Origin: an uncultured Nitrospiraceae bacterium
GTDB taxonomy: Bacteria; Nitrospirota; Nitrospiria; Nitrospirales; Nitrospiraceae
NCBI GenBank assembly: GCA_963706325.1
Contig: CAVPLT010000001.1
Coordinates: 160,001 to 224,000 of the forward strand
Direction of reading: 5' to 3'
Length of the DNA: 64,000 nucleotides
Shown here: piece by piece, positions 49,435 through 58,926 of the stretch
Layout of the letters: each line of letters begins with the position of its first letter
Position numbering within the stretch: the first letter of the stretch is position 1
Position numbers and translations under genes: made by a program
The notes under the pieces: model-generated
Seen by the model: only the letters and a program-made list of their open reading frames with translations
Told to the model about the DNA's origin: nothing
Databases searched by the model: none

Positions 49435-49680
49435 GTGCGAATACCACATAAAGTCGTCCTGCCATTCGGCTATCACATTATGATTCGTCTGGTCACTGAT
49501 TCTGAAATGGACCGGCAAGATGTGAATGCCGATGGAATTTGGGACAACGAATCCAAAACGATCTATATCCGCAAGCGACTCCCGGTCACACGACGGAGAT
49601 ATATCCTCGCCCATGAACTCGGACACGCGTGGCTCGACTGGCAACATCGCTATCTGGATGACGGAAAAGCTCGTACTTAA
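49435..49680 (+). CDS. Small ImmA/IrrE-like metallopeptidase
   Basis: TIYI...RRRYILAHELGH; GTG start after GAGG. Confidence 0.7.
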   Translation: MRIPHKVVLPFGYHIMIRLVTDSEMDRQDVNADGIWDNESKTIYIRKRLPVTRRRYILAHELGHAWLDWQHRYLDDGKART

Positions 49681-49693
49681 GGGCCGTGGCCCA

Positions 49694-50203
49694 TTAACGG
49701 GCCACGGCCTTCTTAGCTCCCTCCCGCTTGGCTTGTGCTTCAACGAGCCGGATAATTTCCACCCACTCCTTGTCTCCCACCGGTTGGACCGAAAGCCGCG
49801 AACCCTTCCGAAGCAGCTCCATGCCCTTGAGCCTAGATTCTCCTCGTAGCATATCCAGGGACAACGGCACCTTGAATTTTCTGACAAACCGAATGTCCAC
49901 CATGTCCCAGCGCGGGTGATCAAGAGCGCTGCTGGGATCATAGTGCGCACCTCCCGTATCGAACTGGGTGGGATCAGGATGAGCGCCTTTGACCACCTCT
50001 GCGATTCCCACGACAGCCGGCGGGGTCGCATTGCTGTGGTAATACAACACCTGATCGCCCACCTGCATGGCCCGCATAAAGTTGCGAGCCTGGTAGTTCC
50101 GCACCCCGTCCCAAGACGTGGTCTGCTTCGGTGCCCCGGCAAGGTCATCGATCGAGAACGCTTCGGGCTCTGACTTCATCAACCAATATTGGCAATCTGC
50201 CAT
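49694..50203 (-). CDS. EVE-domain protein
   Basis: YWLMKSEP, WDGVRNYQARN, YYHS, RLSVQPV. Confidence 0.93.
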   Translation of the reverse strand: MADCQYWLMKSEPEAFSIDDLAGAPKQTTSWDGVRNYQARNFMRAMQVGDQVLYYHSNATPPAVVGIAEVVKGAHPDPTQFDTGGAHYDPSSALDHPRWDMVDIRFVRKFKVPLSLDMLRGESRLKGMELLRKGSRLSVQPVGDKEWVEIIRLVEAQAKREGAKKAVAR

Positions 50204-50284
50204 CCATACCTCCAGTACACTTGGTGTCTCACGTGCCTCAGTGTATGCTGAGCATTTGATCGTAACTGTTAACGCGGAGCATGC

Positions 50285-51097
50285 ATGGACCTGACTCTCC
50301 TGTGGTTCGGTATGTACAAGGCCGCAAAGTATGCGCTGCACCCATTGTCCTGGATTACCATCACCGGCCTGTTGACGTTGTTGAACGCATGCCTTCCCAT
50401 GACTCCTAAACGAATCACCTGGGTGAGACGGTTCGCGTTCTGGACGGTGTTGCTCCTGGTGCTGACCGCCACACCGATCTTATCCTACATGTATATCGCG
50501 TGGTTGGAAGGATGGTATCCGCCATTCAACGCGACGGCCGCCACGAAAGTCGACGCTGTCGTCGTGCTGGCAGGAGGTGTGGTTGGGAAAGGATCACTCA
50601 GACCGACCGAGGATGTCTCGGATTCGTCACGCCAACGCACTGCCTGTGGCGCAGACCTGTGGCTCCAGGGTCTCGCCCCCAAGCTGCTGCTTACCGGCGG
50701 GGACGCCACTGTACTTCGTACCGGTCCGCTGGTATCTCATGAAATGAAACGGTGGGCTCTGCGCCTCGGTGTCTTGGAATCGGCCATCCTCGTGGAGGAT
50801 GGGTCCAGGACCACTTACGAAAATGCCGTCCAGAGCAAGGCAGTTCTTGGAGGAGGGCATATTCTGCTGGTAACCACCGCCTACCATCTGCCTCGCGCCG
50901 TGGGCCTGTTCGAGAAACAAGGCTTTGTCGTGACGCCGGTCGCCTGCGGCTATGAATCACAACATACCCCGGCACAAGCTTGGGCACAGAGTACGCCATT
51001 CGATTTCCTTCCAAGCGCCAAAGCCTTGCTCCTCTCCACGCAGGCCGTCGACGAAGTCGCCGGGATGCTGGTCTATTGGATGGCCGGAAAATTATGA
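50285..51097 (+). CDS. YdcF/ElyC (DUF218) membrane protein
   Basis: VVLAGG, LLTGG, SRTTYENA, LVTTAYHLPRA. Confidence 0.9.
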   Translation: MDLTLLWFGMYKAAKYALHPLSWITITGLLTLLNACLPMTPKRITWVRRFAFWTVLLLVLTATPILSYMYIAWLEGWYPPFNATAATKVDAVVVLAGGVVGKGSLRPTEDVSDSSRQRTACGADLWLQGLAPKLLLTGGDATVLRTGPLVSHEMKRWALRLGVLESAILVEDGSRTTYENAVQSKAVLGGGHILLVTTAYHLPRAVGLFEKQGFVVTPVACGYESQHTPAQAWAQSTPFDFLPSAKALLLSTQAVDEVAGMLVYWMAGKL

Positions 51098-51293
51098 GAC
51101 CCGAGAAATCGAGCCGATTGCAGCACCCACTGCACCACAATGCGGAAGCAGCCGCTGCCGTCTCCTGCATGGGCCAGGTAGAGCAGCTGCACAAGCCCCC
51201 TGGTGATGACAGTCTTCAGCGCCAGCCGACGAGCGGATTGCCGGCCAGAATCAGCAGCGCCGGGTGCGATCCAAATCAGACCACTCGCATGGT

Positions 51294-51665
51294 TCAGTCT
51301 CCACCAGGCTCATTTTCCAAATAGTCGATCACAGAAGCATACGTCAGCTCGCGGATGCGGGCCTTGGAGGAACCGGGTGCATCGAGGTTGCGTTCGAGCC
51401 ACACGCGTTCGGTGATCTGGACGCGACCTTCATTGCACCGCCGCCACATCTCGTGCAACAACTCGATCGGCAGGCCGACTTGCACGCCTTCCGATTCGAT
51501 ACGGTCGTCCAAGATCGCCAGTAAATCGGCGATGGCATGATCCGGCTGGTACGGCGGCGCGGAAAACCCAAAGGCCTGCTGAGCCTGCGACTCTTGACGA
51601 GCCTGCTCGACAAGGTCCTGCATGTATTCCTTGAGCAAGCCGATGATGTGACCAGATAAGCGCAT
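51294..51665 (-). CDS. Hypothetical protein
   Basis: Acidic helical ORF starting MRLSGHIIGLLKEY. Confidence 0.7.
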   Translation of the reverse strand: MRLSGHIIGLLKEYMQDLVEQARQESQAQQAFGFSAPPYQPDHAIADLLAILDDRIESEGVQVGLPIELLHEMWRRCNEGRVQITERVWLERNLDAPGSSKARIRELTYASVIDYLENEPGGD

Positions 51666-51825
51666 CAGCGACAGAGTATCCGCAACATTCCTCCCGGAGC
51701 AAGGCATGTTTCGAAGACGCGTCGGTTGACCCCAGAATCAGTGATTCTCTATGATAGCGGCTCCAAGAGGGCGGGACAGACTCCATCACATAGCGGCCCA
51801 ATTCAGGAATCAGCGAGTGAGACCC

Positions 51826-52620
51826 GTGAGCAATCAGACCGTCGTTGAACATGTTGAGATCTCCCTTCAAACCCCGAGTGGGGAGATCACCACTGCTGTC
51901 GGAGTGCCGACGAGCTTCGTGCCGATCACGGCCATTCTTCCGCTCATGCGCGGCCTCGGCGAGGAAGCGCAGGCGCTGGAGCAACGCCGGCTGCTTGAGG
52001 CAGGCAAGACGGTTTCCTGTCAAAAGGGCTGCGCCGCCTGCTGCCGGATGCTTGTGCCGATCTCAGCGCCGGAAGCCCTCGCCTTGGCCCGCACGATGGA
52101 CCGTTTGGATCAAAGTGAGCGGAATCGCCTCCTGGCACAACTCGACTTGGCTCACCAACGCCTGGCCAAGGCCGGGTTGTTGAAACAATTGACCTCATTG
52201 GCCGAGTCAGAACATCCGGACACCGACGAGGCTATCGAACCATTGAATCGGGCCTACTATGCGCTCCGCATGCCCTGCCCCTTTCTAGCTGATGAGGTCT
52301 GTAGCATCTATGAGGATAGGCCAGCGGCCTGCCGCGAATTGGCCGTCACCTCCCCGGCCAGCGAGTGTCAGGATATGACCAATGCGACGATTCAACCGGT
52401 TCCCGTCGCCGTTCGGATCAGCACGACCTTGAGCCTGCTTTGGGCAGACCTGACCGGGACTGTGCCCAAGCTCATCCCACTGCCGTTGGCCGTCGACTGG
52501 GCCACCAGACACAAGGCAGAGCAGACAGGAAAATGGGCCGGCACGGAACTACTTGAGAAGGCCCTGGATAAAATCGGGCGATATCTCAGTCAGGAAAAGG
52601 CTCGCCGCAACAACCCCTAA
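51826..52620 (+). CDS. YkgJ-family cysteine-cluster protein
   Basis: CQKGCAACC, CPFL, CSIYEDRPAACR. Confidence 0.88.
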   Translation: MSNQTVVEHVEISLQTPSGEITTAVGVPTSFVPITAILPLMRGLGEEAQALEQRRLLEAGKTVSCQKGCAACCRMLVPISAPEALALARTMDRLDQSERNRLLAQLDLAHQRLAKAGLLKQLTSLAESEHPDTDEAIEPLNRAYYALRMPCPFLADEVCSIYEDRPAACRELAVTSPASECQDMTNATIQPVPVAVRISTTLSLLWADLTGTVPKLIPLPLAVDWATRHKAEQTGKWAGTELLEKALDKIGRYLSQEKARRNNP

Positions 52621-52654
52621 GGGGCGCACATTCCGTACCTCCAAAGGAGATTTC

Positions 52655-53272
52655 ATGCAGAATCCCGTGATTGTCTGCCTCGATCTCGAGGGCGTGCTCG
52701 TTCCTGAAATTTGGGTCAATTTTGCCATCAAGACTGGCATCGAAGAGCTCAAAATCACGACGAGAGAGATGCCCGATTACGATGCCCTGATGACACGGCG
52801 CTTGAAGATCCTTGACCAGCACGGCTTCACCCTGGCCGACATCCAAGCCGTGATCGATGCCATGGGTCCCTTGGAAGGCGCGGCGGAGTTTGTCGCCTGG
52901 CTGCGGGAACGGACGCAGGTGATTATTCTGTCGGATACCTTCTATGAATTCGCCCTGCCGTTGATGCGGCAGTTGGGCTATCCCACGATTTTCTGCAATC
53001 AACTGGAGATCGGGCCAAACGGTCGTATCGTCAGCTACAAACTTCGGCAGCCGAACCAAAAGAAGCATGCGGTCGCCGCGCTGAAGAACCTCAACTTCCG
53101 CGTCATGGCCGCCGGTGATGCCTACAACGACACTGCCATGTTGGGTGAGGCCCACGCCGGATTCTTCTTCTGCCCGCCCGATCATCTGCCGAAGGAGTTT
53201 CCGCAGTTCCCGGTGACGAAAACCTACGCGGAGTTACAAGCGCGCTTCGCACAGGCAGGGAATTTCAAATAG
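52655..53272 (+). CDS. thrH: Phosphoserine phosphatase / homoserine phosphotransferase
   Basis: CLDLEGVLVPEIW, ILSDTF, AGDAYND; RBS AAGGAG. Confidence 0.93.
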   Translation: MQNPVIVCLDLEGVLVPEIWVNFAIKTGIEELKITTREMPDYDALMTRRLKILDQHGFTLADIQAVIDAMGPLEGAAEFVAWLRERTQVIILSDTFYEFALPLMRQLGYPTIFCNQLEIGPNGRIVSYKLRQPNQKKHAVAALKNLNFRVMAAGDAYNDTAMLGEAHAGFFFCPPDHLPKEFPQFPVTKTYAELQARFAQAGNFK

Positions 53273-53380
53273 CGTTCGGATTCGAATAGACCCTTCCCCC
53301 CTCTGTAGGGGAAGGCAGAGAGGAAGAGAATTGCAACGAACGTTTTTCAAAGGGCTACGGGCCGAAAGAAAGATGATGGC

Positions 53381-55243
53381 CTAGTCCAGCGCCTCGTTCA
53401 CCACACTCAGCACCCGCCGGCCATACCGTTCCACCTTCACCTCGCCGATCCCTGGAATGTCCAACAGGGCCGCGAGCGTGCCGGGCTTGTGGCCGGCAAT
53501 GGTGCGCAGGGTCTTGTCGTGAAAAATCACAAAGGGCGCCACCCCTTCTTCCTCAGCCAGTTCCAGCCGTAAGCGACGAAGACGTTCGAACAATTGGGGG
53601 TCTGCCGAGGACATTTGTGGGGGAGCCATAGACCTTATAGGCTCACCCGGCTCTGACGAGAGCGCTCCATTTCTTGGGTGCGCCCTGGGCTTTTTGAGTG
53701 ATACAACGCTGCTCCCCTGCAGCACTTCCTGTCCCAGCCGCGTCACATCGATCGTGGGATACTCCGATCCTTCGACCTGAAGGTATCCCGAGTCGATCAG
53801 ATCTTTTACCAAACGGGTCATGGACGGCTTCGACCACGCTTGATGGGTACCATAACTCGGACAGCCTTCCGCTCCATATGCCAGCAACGCCTTCGAACGA
53901 CTCCCGCGAAGCAGCTCGACGATTCTGCTCACGCCGAACCGGCCTCCGCACCATGCGACCGCCGTTAGGACAGTCCTCGCAGAGTCGGCCTCATCATCGA
54001 TCCCAATCCCTCTACCCTCAGAGGGAATGGCACAGCTGTCACAAAGCCCGCAGGGCCCCATGGCCCGTTCGGCGTCATCACTAAAATAGTCCAAAATGGC
54101 CAGTTGGCGACAAGTCGAGACGGAGACGTACTCCAGCAGATCTTGCAGCAGGGTCTTCATGCGAGCGACGCGGTCAGCATTGCCTGCTTCTTTCGAGGCT
54201 TGCTGGATGAAATACTCCTGCGTCGCCCGATCACGCTCATGGAACAACAATACACAGGCAGCGGGTTGCCCATCACGTCCAGCCCGCCCCACTTCCTGGT
54301 AATAGGCCTCCAAGCTTCCCGGAATATCAAAATGGACCACCAGCCGGACGTCCGACTTATCGATCCCCATCCCGAACGCATTCGTCGCCGCGAGAATCCG
54401 CGCAGTCCCCTGGCGGAACTCGTCATGAACCACTCGACGTTCTTCATCCGATAAGCCGGCGTGATAGTACCCGACGCCTGGTTGCGACTGTCCAAGCCAT
54501 GCTGCTGCCTCCTCCACCGCACGGCGCGTGGCGCAATAGACCAGGATGGTACCAGTGCCAGAATCACGTACGAGTCGCTCCAGGGTGGCCAGTTTCTCTT
54601 GTCGCGAACGGCAGGTCCTGACAGAGAGGGAAAGATTGGGACGACGAAAGCCTGTGACCAATCGCAAGGGATCACGGAGCGATAACCGATCGCAGACATC
54701 CGCTTGCACACGCGCCGTAGCCGTGGCCGTCAGGGCGAGGCAGGGGGGATTGCCAAGCTCTCCGCGCAAACGACCAATGTTCAAATAGTCAGGCCTGAAG
54801 TCGTGGCCCCACTGGGAAATACAGTGAGCTTCGTCCACTACCATGAGGGACACCCACAGCGATCGCAAGAGCCGGAGAAACCGCTCGTGCTGCATCCGCT
54901 CCGGCGCGAGATACAGTAGCTGAAGCCGCCGCAACTTGAGATCCAGCACCACGCGGTCTCGTTCAGACTCGGAAAGGCCTGAGTGAAACGCCGCCGCCGC
55001 GATCTTCCTCGCCTGCATGCTGTCGACTTGATCCTGCATCAACGCGATGAGCGGAGAGATCACGAGGGTCAAACCGGGCAACTGGGTCGCCGGCAATTGG
55101 TAACAAAGTGACTTTCCCTGACCAGTCGGCATGACCGCCAGCGCATCGCGACGAGACAACACGGCTTCAATGACCTCACGTTGACCTGGACGGAAGGCTG
55201 AGAACCCAAATTGCCGGCTGAGTTGTGTGATCAGATCGTCCAC
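53381..55243 (-). CDS. recQ: RecQ DNA helicase
   Basis: MPTGQGKS, DEAHCISQWGHDFRP, QEVGRAGRDG, RQC Zn cysteines, HRDC domain. Confidence 0.93.
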   Translation of the reverse strand: MDDLITQLSRQFGFSAFRPGQREVIEAVLSRRDALAVMPTGQGKSLCYQLPATQLPGLTLVISPLIALMQDQVDSMQARKIAAAAFHSGLSESERDRVVLDLKLRRLQLLYLAPERMQHERFLRLLRSLWVSLMVVDEAHCISQWGHDFRPDYLNIGRLRGELGNPPCLALTATATARVQADVCDRLSLRDPLRLVTGFRRPNLSLSVRTCRSRQEKLATLERLVRDSGTGTILVYCATRRAVEEAAAWLGQSQPGVGYYHAGLSDEERRVVHDEFRQGTARILAATNAFGMGIDKSDVRLVVHFDIPGSLEAYYQEVGRAGRDGQPAACVLLFHERDRATQEYFIQQASKEAGNADRVARMKTLLQDLLEYVSVSTCRQLAILDYFSDDAERAMGPCGLCDSCAIPSEGRGIGIDDEADSARTVLTAVAWCGGRFGVSRIVELLRGSRSKALLAYGAEGCPSYGTHQAWSKPSMTRLVKDLIDSGYLQVEGSEYPTIDVTRLGQEVLQGSSVVSLKKPRAHPRNGALSSEPGEPIRSMAPPQMSSADPQLFERLRRLRLELAEEEGVAPFVIFHDKTLRTIAGHKPGTLAALLDIPGIGEVKVERYGRRVLSVVNEALD

Positions 55244-55396
55244 GGTGAGGAGAAAGACTACGAATGCTGATGGAAATTTGGAATGGCCGAGTATAAGGCG
55301 CGCGACTGGCTCCAAGCAAGCCGGCTAACTAACCAAAGTCGCCATTCCAGCAATCACTGCCGATACTGTTCCGTGGAGCACAGGTCATCAGACTAA

Positions 55397-55429
55397 GAAA
55401 CCCCGCCGGGGATCAACCCGGCGGGGTTT
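55397..55429. terminator. Intrinsic terminator after the porin/secreted-protein unit
   Basis: GAAACCCCGCCGGG-GATCAA-CCCGGCGGGGTTTC. Confidence 0.75.
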
Positions 55430-55487
55430 CGTACTTCGAGACAGGCAGGGGATCTCCCTCACGCCTCGCGAGTTCCTCACATAGCTG

Positions 55488-55916
55488 CTATGGCGCGGTA
55501 TAGCTGCCGAACTTCGGCACCGTGTCGCAGCCTGGTCCCTGATCCTGATTCGCCACACACAAAGGACGGAGGGCGCCCTGTGCGGACAGCCGTGCTTCTT
55601 TGTGCAAGCGCGCCTTGCCATAGTCTACAGCCATTTTCACCTGACGAAGGGCGCCACCACTGACGCCGCCAGACTGGGCCTTGCTCAGCCCATCTTGCAG
55701 TTTTGCCGTGGCGCTATCGATGACGGACCGGTCCGATCCCCATCGCTTCGTGACATCGACGGTCGTTCGCTTTCCGAGGCCCGGCGCATCGGTCAGTTCG
55801 ACGATGGCATCGTTCACGGCTTGAATGGCATCCGCAACCTGAGCCTGCGCAACAATCGGCTGACTGCCGATCACCCACGCTGCGACGCCCAGCGTTACGA
55901 ACATAAGTTTCTTCAT
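55488..55916 (-). CDS. Exported helical hypothetical protein
   Basis: MKKLMF...AQA signal peptide; RBS AGGAG; C-terminal Cys pair. Confidence 0.75.
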   Translation of the reverse strand: MKKLMFVTLGVAAWVIGSQPIVAQAQVADAIQAVNDAIVELTDAPGLGKRTTVDVTKRWGSDRSVIDSATAKLQDGLSKAQSGGVSGGALRQVKMAVDYGKARLHKEARLSAQGALRPLCVANQDQGPGCDTVPKFGSYTAP

Positions 55917-56025
55917 TGCGTGTCTCCTTTTCTTTTCAACGCCAGGAGGACGGACCATTATTGCAGCATTCGCTGCCCGAGGCGTCCCTTACCCTGTCGC
56001 ATCAAATCCAACGCTGCACGCATGC

Positions 56026-57714
56026 TTAGAAGTTCATCCACAGGGACATATAGCCCCAATGCTGATTTTGCGTCTGGTTCAAGGTGCTGGTCAAATAGCC
56101 GCCGCTGAACATGGTACCGTAGGCAGCTTGGAGCGCCACCTTGCCGTCTGCGAACATTCTGGTATAAGCCACGTCGATTTCATCGCCGATATGCGTCTTC
56201 GTGTTGTTGGCATTGGAGAACACGTAACAGCCCTGCGAGCCTCGATACCAGCAATCCTTAGAATTGGCCAGGTTCAAATTCGTGTACCACAATTCGATAT
56301 GGTCACGAGCACTAGGACGGGCCTGTAGATTGACCGATGGAGACAACATGTTCTTCCAGGCTTGCACGTCCATGTAACCCATGTGGATGTGGTTGGTCGG
56401 GAAGAAGTTTTCAAACGTATTGGCTGTACCGCAGGAACCAGCAGCTGCGCCGGCACCGCAGACGTTGTTCCGGCTATCACCAGAGGCGTAATCGAGGTTG
56501 AACGCCAACCGGGTTTTCCAGGCCGTATCATAGAACGTGTAACCGATCCAGTTTCTGGTTGCCCAGGCATTGATGTGCAAACATTTTTGCTCACCGGAAC
56601 AAGCACCGACCTGACCCATTTGGCCGAATTGATAGGCCACTTCATTTGAGAAGTCGAACCCGCCTTTACGCAATTCGACCCGATTCCCGAGCATATGACG
56701 AGTTTGGTTCGAGTGCTTGGCCGTACCAAGACCTTGCCCCGCGTTATCCGCTGAGCCATAGCGATTCGAATACAACACATAGAACGGCTCGATGACCATT
56801 CCAGGGACCATCTTGAGCTGGTTGTAGAAGATGAACATATCGGCGTCACGTTGTGCATCCTGTCCGCCAGTACCGGCGATGTTGGGGGCGCCACTCCCGA
56901 CTGGGGCTGCCTGACCAATATCGCTTTCTGAATTTCGGAACCAGCCGAGGTAGCTGTCAAATGATTTGGTCTGATAGGCAAACATCGCACCGTCATGTGA
57001 ATAGCCGGTGTTGGCCCAATCGAAGTGGCCGAACAGTGAGTGGTTGCCGAACACGACGTACTGACGGCCGACCTTCAGGCTCAAGCCCTGCACGTCGGCC
57101 AGGTTCCTGATCAACATGTAAGCGGCGCGGACACCCAGGCGACCATTGTTGCCGCCACCGCCCGCGACACCACCATTGTGGTTCAGCGGATCGCCACCAT
57201 TTCCCGCATTAGTGGCGCTTCCGTTGCCACCCCAAGTCGCGCTATCGATGATTTCCATGTAGAAATTCACGTCGGGCGAGAGATCATATCCGATACCCAA
57301 ACGCACCCACTGTTGCACAAAGAAATCGTTGCCTTTGTTCCCGTGTTGGCGCCCGTGTTAGGTGCCGCTCCTCGGGAGATGCGAGCGGCCACCGAAGGTG
57401 TTACATGTTCCTCCTGCAAGCTGGGCCCCACCGAAGCAGGCGTTGTTCCGCATTTCCGGCCGCACGCGCAGATCGGCGCGCATCCAAAGATTCTTAAGGT
57501 CGAAATTCCGGCCGATGACCGGATCAAAACTTTCATATGCTTCTTTTTGCGGCATGTTGCGGGGAATGGCGGGAAGATTCGTGATGCGTTCGCCCGGGGG
57601 CAGTTCGAATCCGGCAAAGGCCGGGACTGCGAGACACTGCAGAGCGGTCACTGCCGCAGCGCCAAAGATGGTAGCCAACCGGCCCCACCTGGTCCGTCCA
57701 TGGATGCGTTTCAT
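56026..57714 (-). pseudogene. Alginate-export-family outer-membrane beta-barrel interrupted by an in-frame TAA at 57358-57360 (pseudogene or sequencing error)
   Basis: Signal peptide with RBS AGGAGG; RADLRVRPE, KVGRQ, DYASGD, FPTNH; terminal Phe. Both ORF halves are in the same frame. Confidence 0.75.
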
Positions 57715-57968
57715 AGCGTTCCTCCTGTGAATTGGATGGCAACCCATTGTGTACCCATTCACTCCGGGTGCCGTCTGTACATCCAACCGCTATTGCACTG
57801 TGAGTTCAAACTCTTGTGTGTGGGTCTTGGTCGGCCAGACCCGATGGTGCCCACCATCCGGCCTCACTGCTTGTTTCGATCCCGAAACAGGCTTCCCACA
57901 CAGTAAGGTCTTGTCTAATGACTCTAGTCACCTCCCTTCACAGCTGTAGAGCGATTGAAAAAATGGTA

Positions 57969-58268
57969 TTAGGCCTGCTTGGGCAAACCCGATTCCTCTG
58001 CCCCGTGCTCTACGCCCGATGTTGCCTGATTGATTTCCTCTTCCGCTTCTTTCATCGACGATTCGAAGTCCTGCTCCACCATCTTCATCTCCTGTTGAAT
58101 CATGTTGAGCTCTGGCTCAACCGTCTTCTTCAGGTCGTCTGCCGTTTCCTTGAACCCTTTAACCGCCTTACCGACCTGACGGCCAATCTCGGGCAGTTGC
58201 TTTGGCCCGAACAATAAGAAGGCAATCACCAGAATGATGAGAATTTCTCCAGCGCCAAGACCGAACAT
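57969..58268 (-). CDS. Twin-arginine translocase TatA/TatB-family subunit
   Basis: MFGLGAGEILIILVIAFLLFGPKQLPEIGR. Confidence 0.88.
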   Translation of the reverse strand: MFGLGAGEILIILVIAFLLFGPKQLPEIGRQVGKAVKGFKETADDLKKTVEPELNMIQQEMKMVEQDFESSMKEAEEEINQATSGVEHGAEESGLPKQA

Positions 58269-58358
58269 GGTGTTCCTTGCTGAGGCGGAATTCGTAAAGC
58301 CAACCAGCGACCCCATGGTCAGGCAGCCGGCATTCAGCCCCTATCCTCAGCTCGCAAG

Positions 58359-58643
58359 TTACCCCTGCGTTGTCCGTGGCGGTGGAGCCGCATCGGCCTG
58401 CTGCGCAGGCGGCGGTGTGGCTGACTGCCCAGGTTGCTGGATCTGTGCCGACGGCGGTGGCGCATGAGGTTCCGCTTCCGTGGCCGTGACATCGATCGCA
58501 TCCGCTTCATGGACAGATTTCTTGAACCCCTTGATTGCTTTGCCTAATCCTTCTCCGAGCTGCGGAATTTTCCCCGCGCCGAAGATGATCAGCACGATGA
58601 CGAGAATCAGCAGCAGCTCCATCCAGCCGAACGAACCAAACAT
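58359..58643 (-). CDS. tatA: Twin-arginine translocase TatA
   Basis: ELLLILVIVLIIFGAGKIPQLGEGLGKAIKGFKK. Confidence 0.9.
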   Translation of the reverse strand: MFGSFGWMELLLILVIVLIIFGAGKIPQLGEGLGKAIKGFKKSVHEADAIDVTATEAEPHAPPPSAQIQQPGQSATPPPAQQADAAPPPRTTQG

Positions 58644-58926
58644 GGTACTGTATGCTCCTTGTTACAGCTGTGCGATTATTCGCACGACGTACGTGCATGT
58701 ACGTGCGACCGACGAATCAGTTTCGTGAAGAGAAGCGCCTGAGATGACCGTGACTGCGAGACCGCGTCCTGTTGGTTGTCGTGATACAAGGACAATGGAC
58801 TGGTTTCCTTTGGTAAATCGCGGGAAAGGCTATAGAAATGTAAGTAATTAGTCAAGCTCTTTCTCCTCCATATATCCCTATCGATCATAATGTGCAAGAC
58901 AAGCCGTACAATTTTACGTATGACCA

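Noticed and set aside
49435..50203. Metallopeptidase plus EVE as a defence or toxin-antitoxin pair
   Set aside because: The genes are convergent, the EVE protein is the common stand-alone type, and no nuclease is present.
57358..57360. Selenocysteine or pyrrolysine recoding in the porin
   Set aside because: The stop is TAA, which is not recoded; local indels explain it better.
58680..58710. GTACGTGC repeat/palindrome upstream of tatA
   Set aside because: Short and not matched to any motif I can support.
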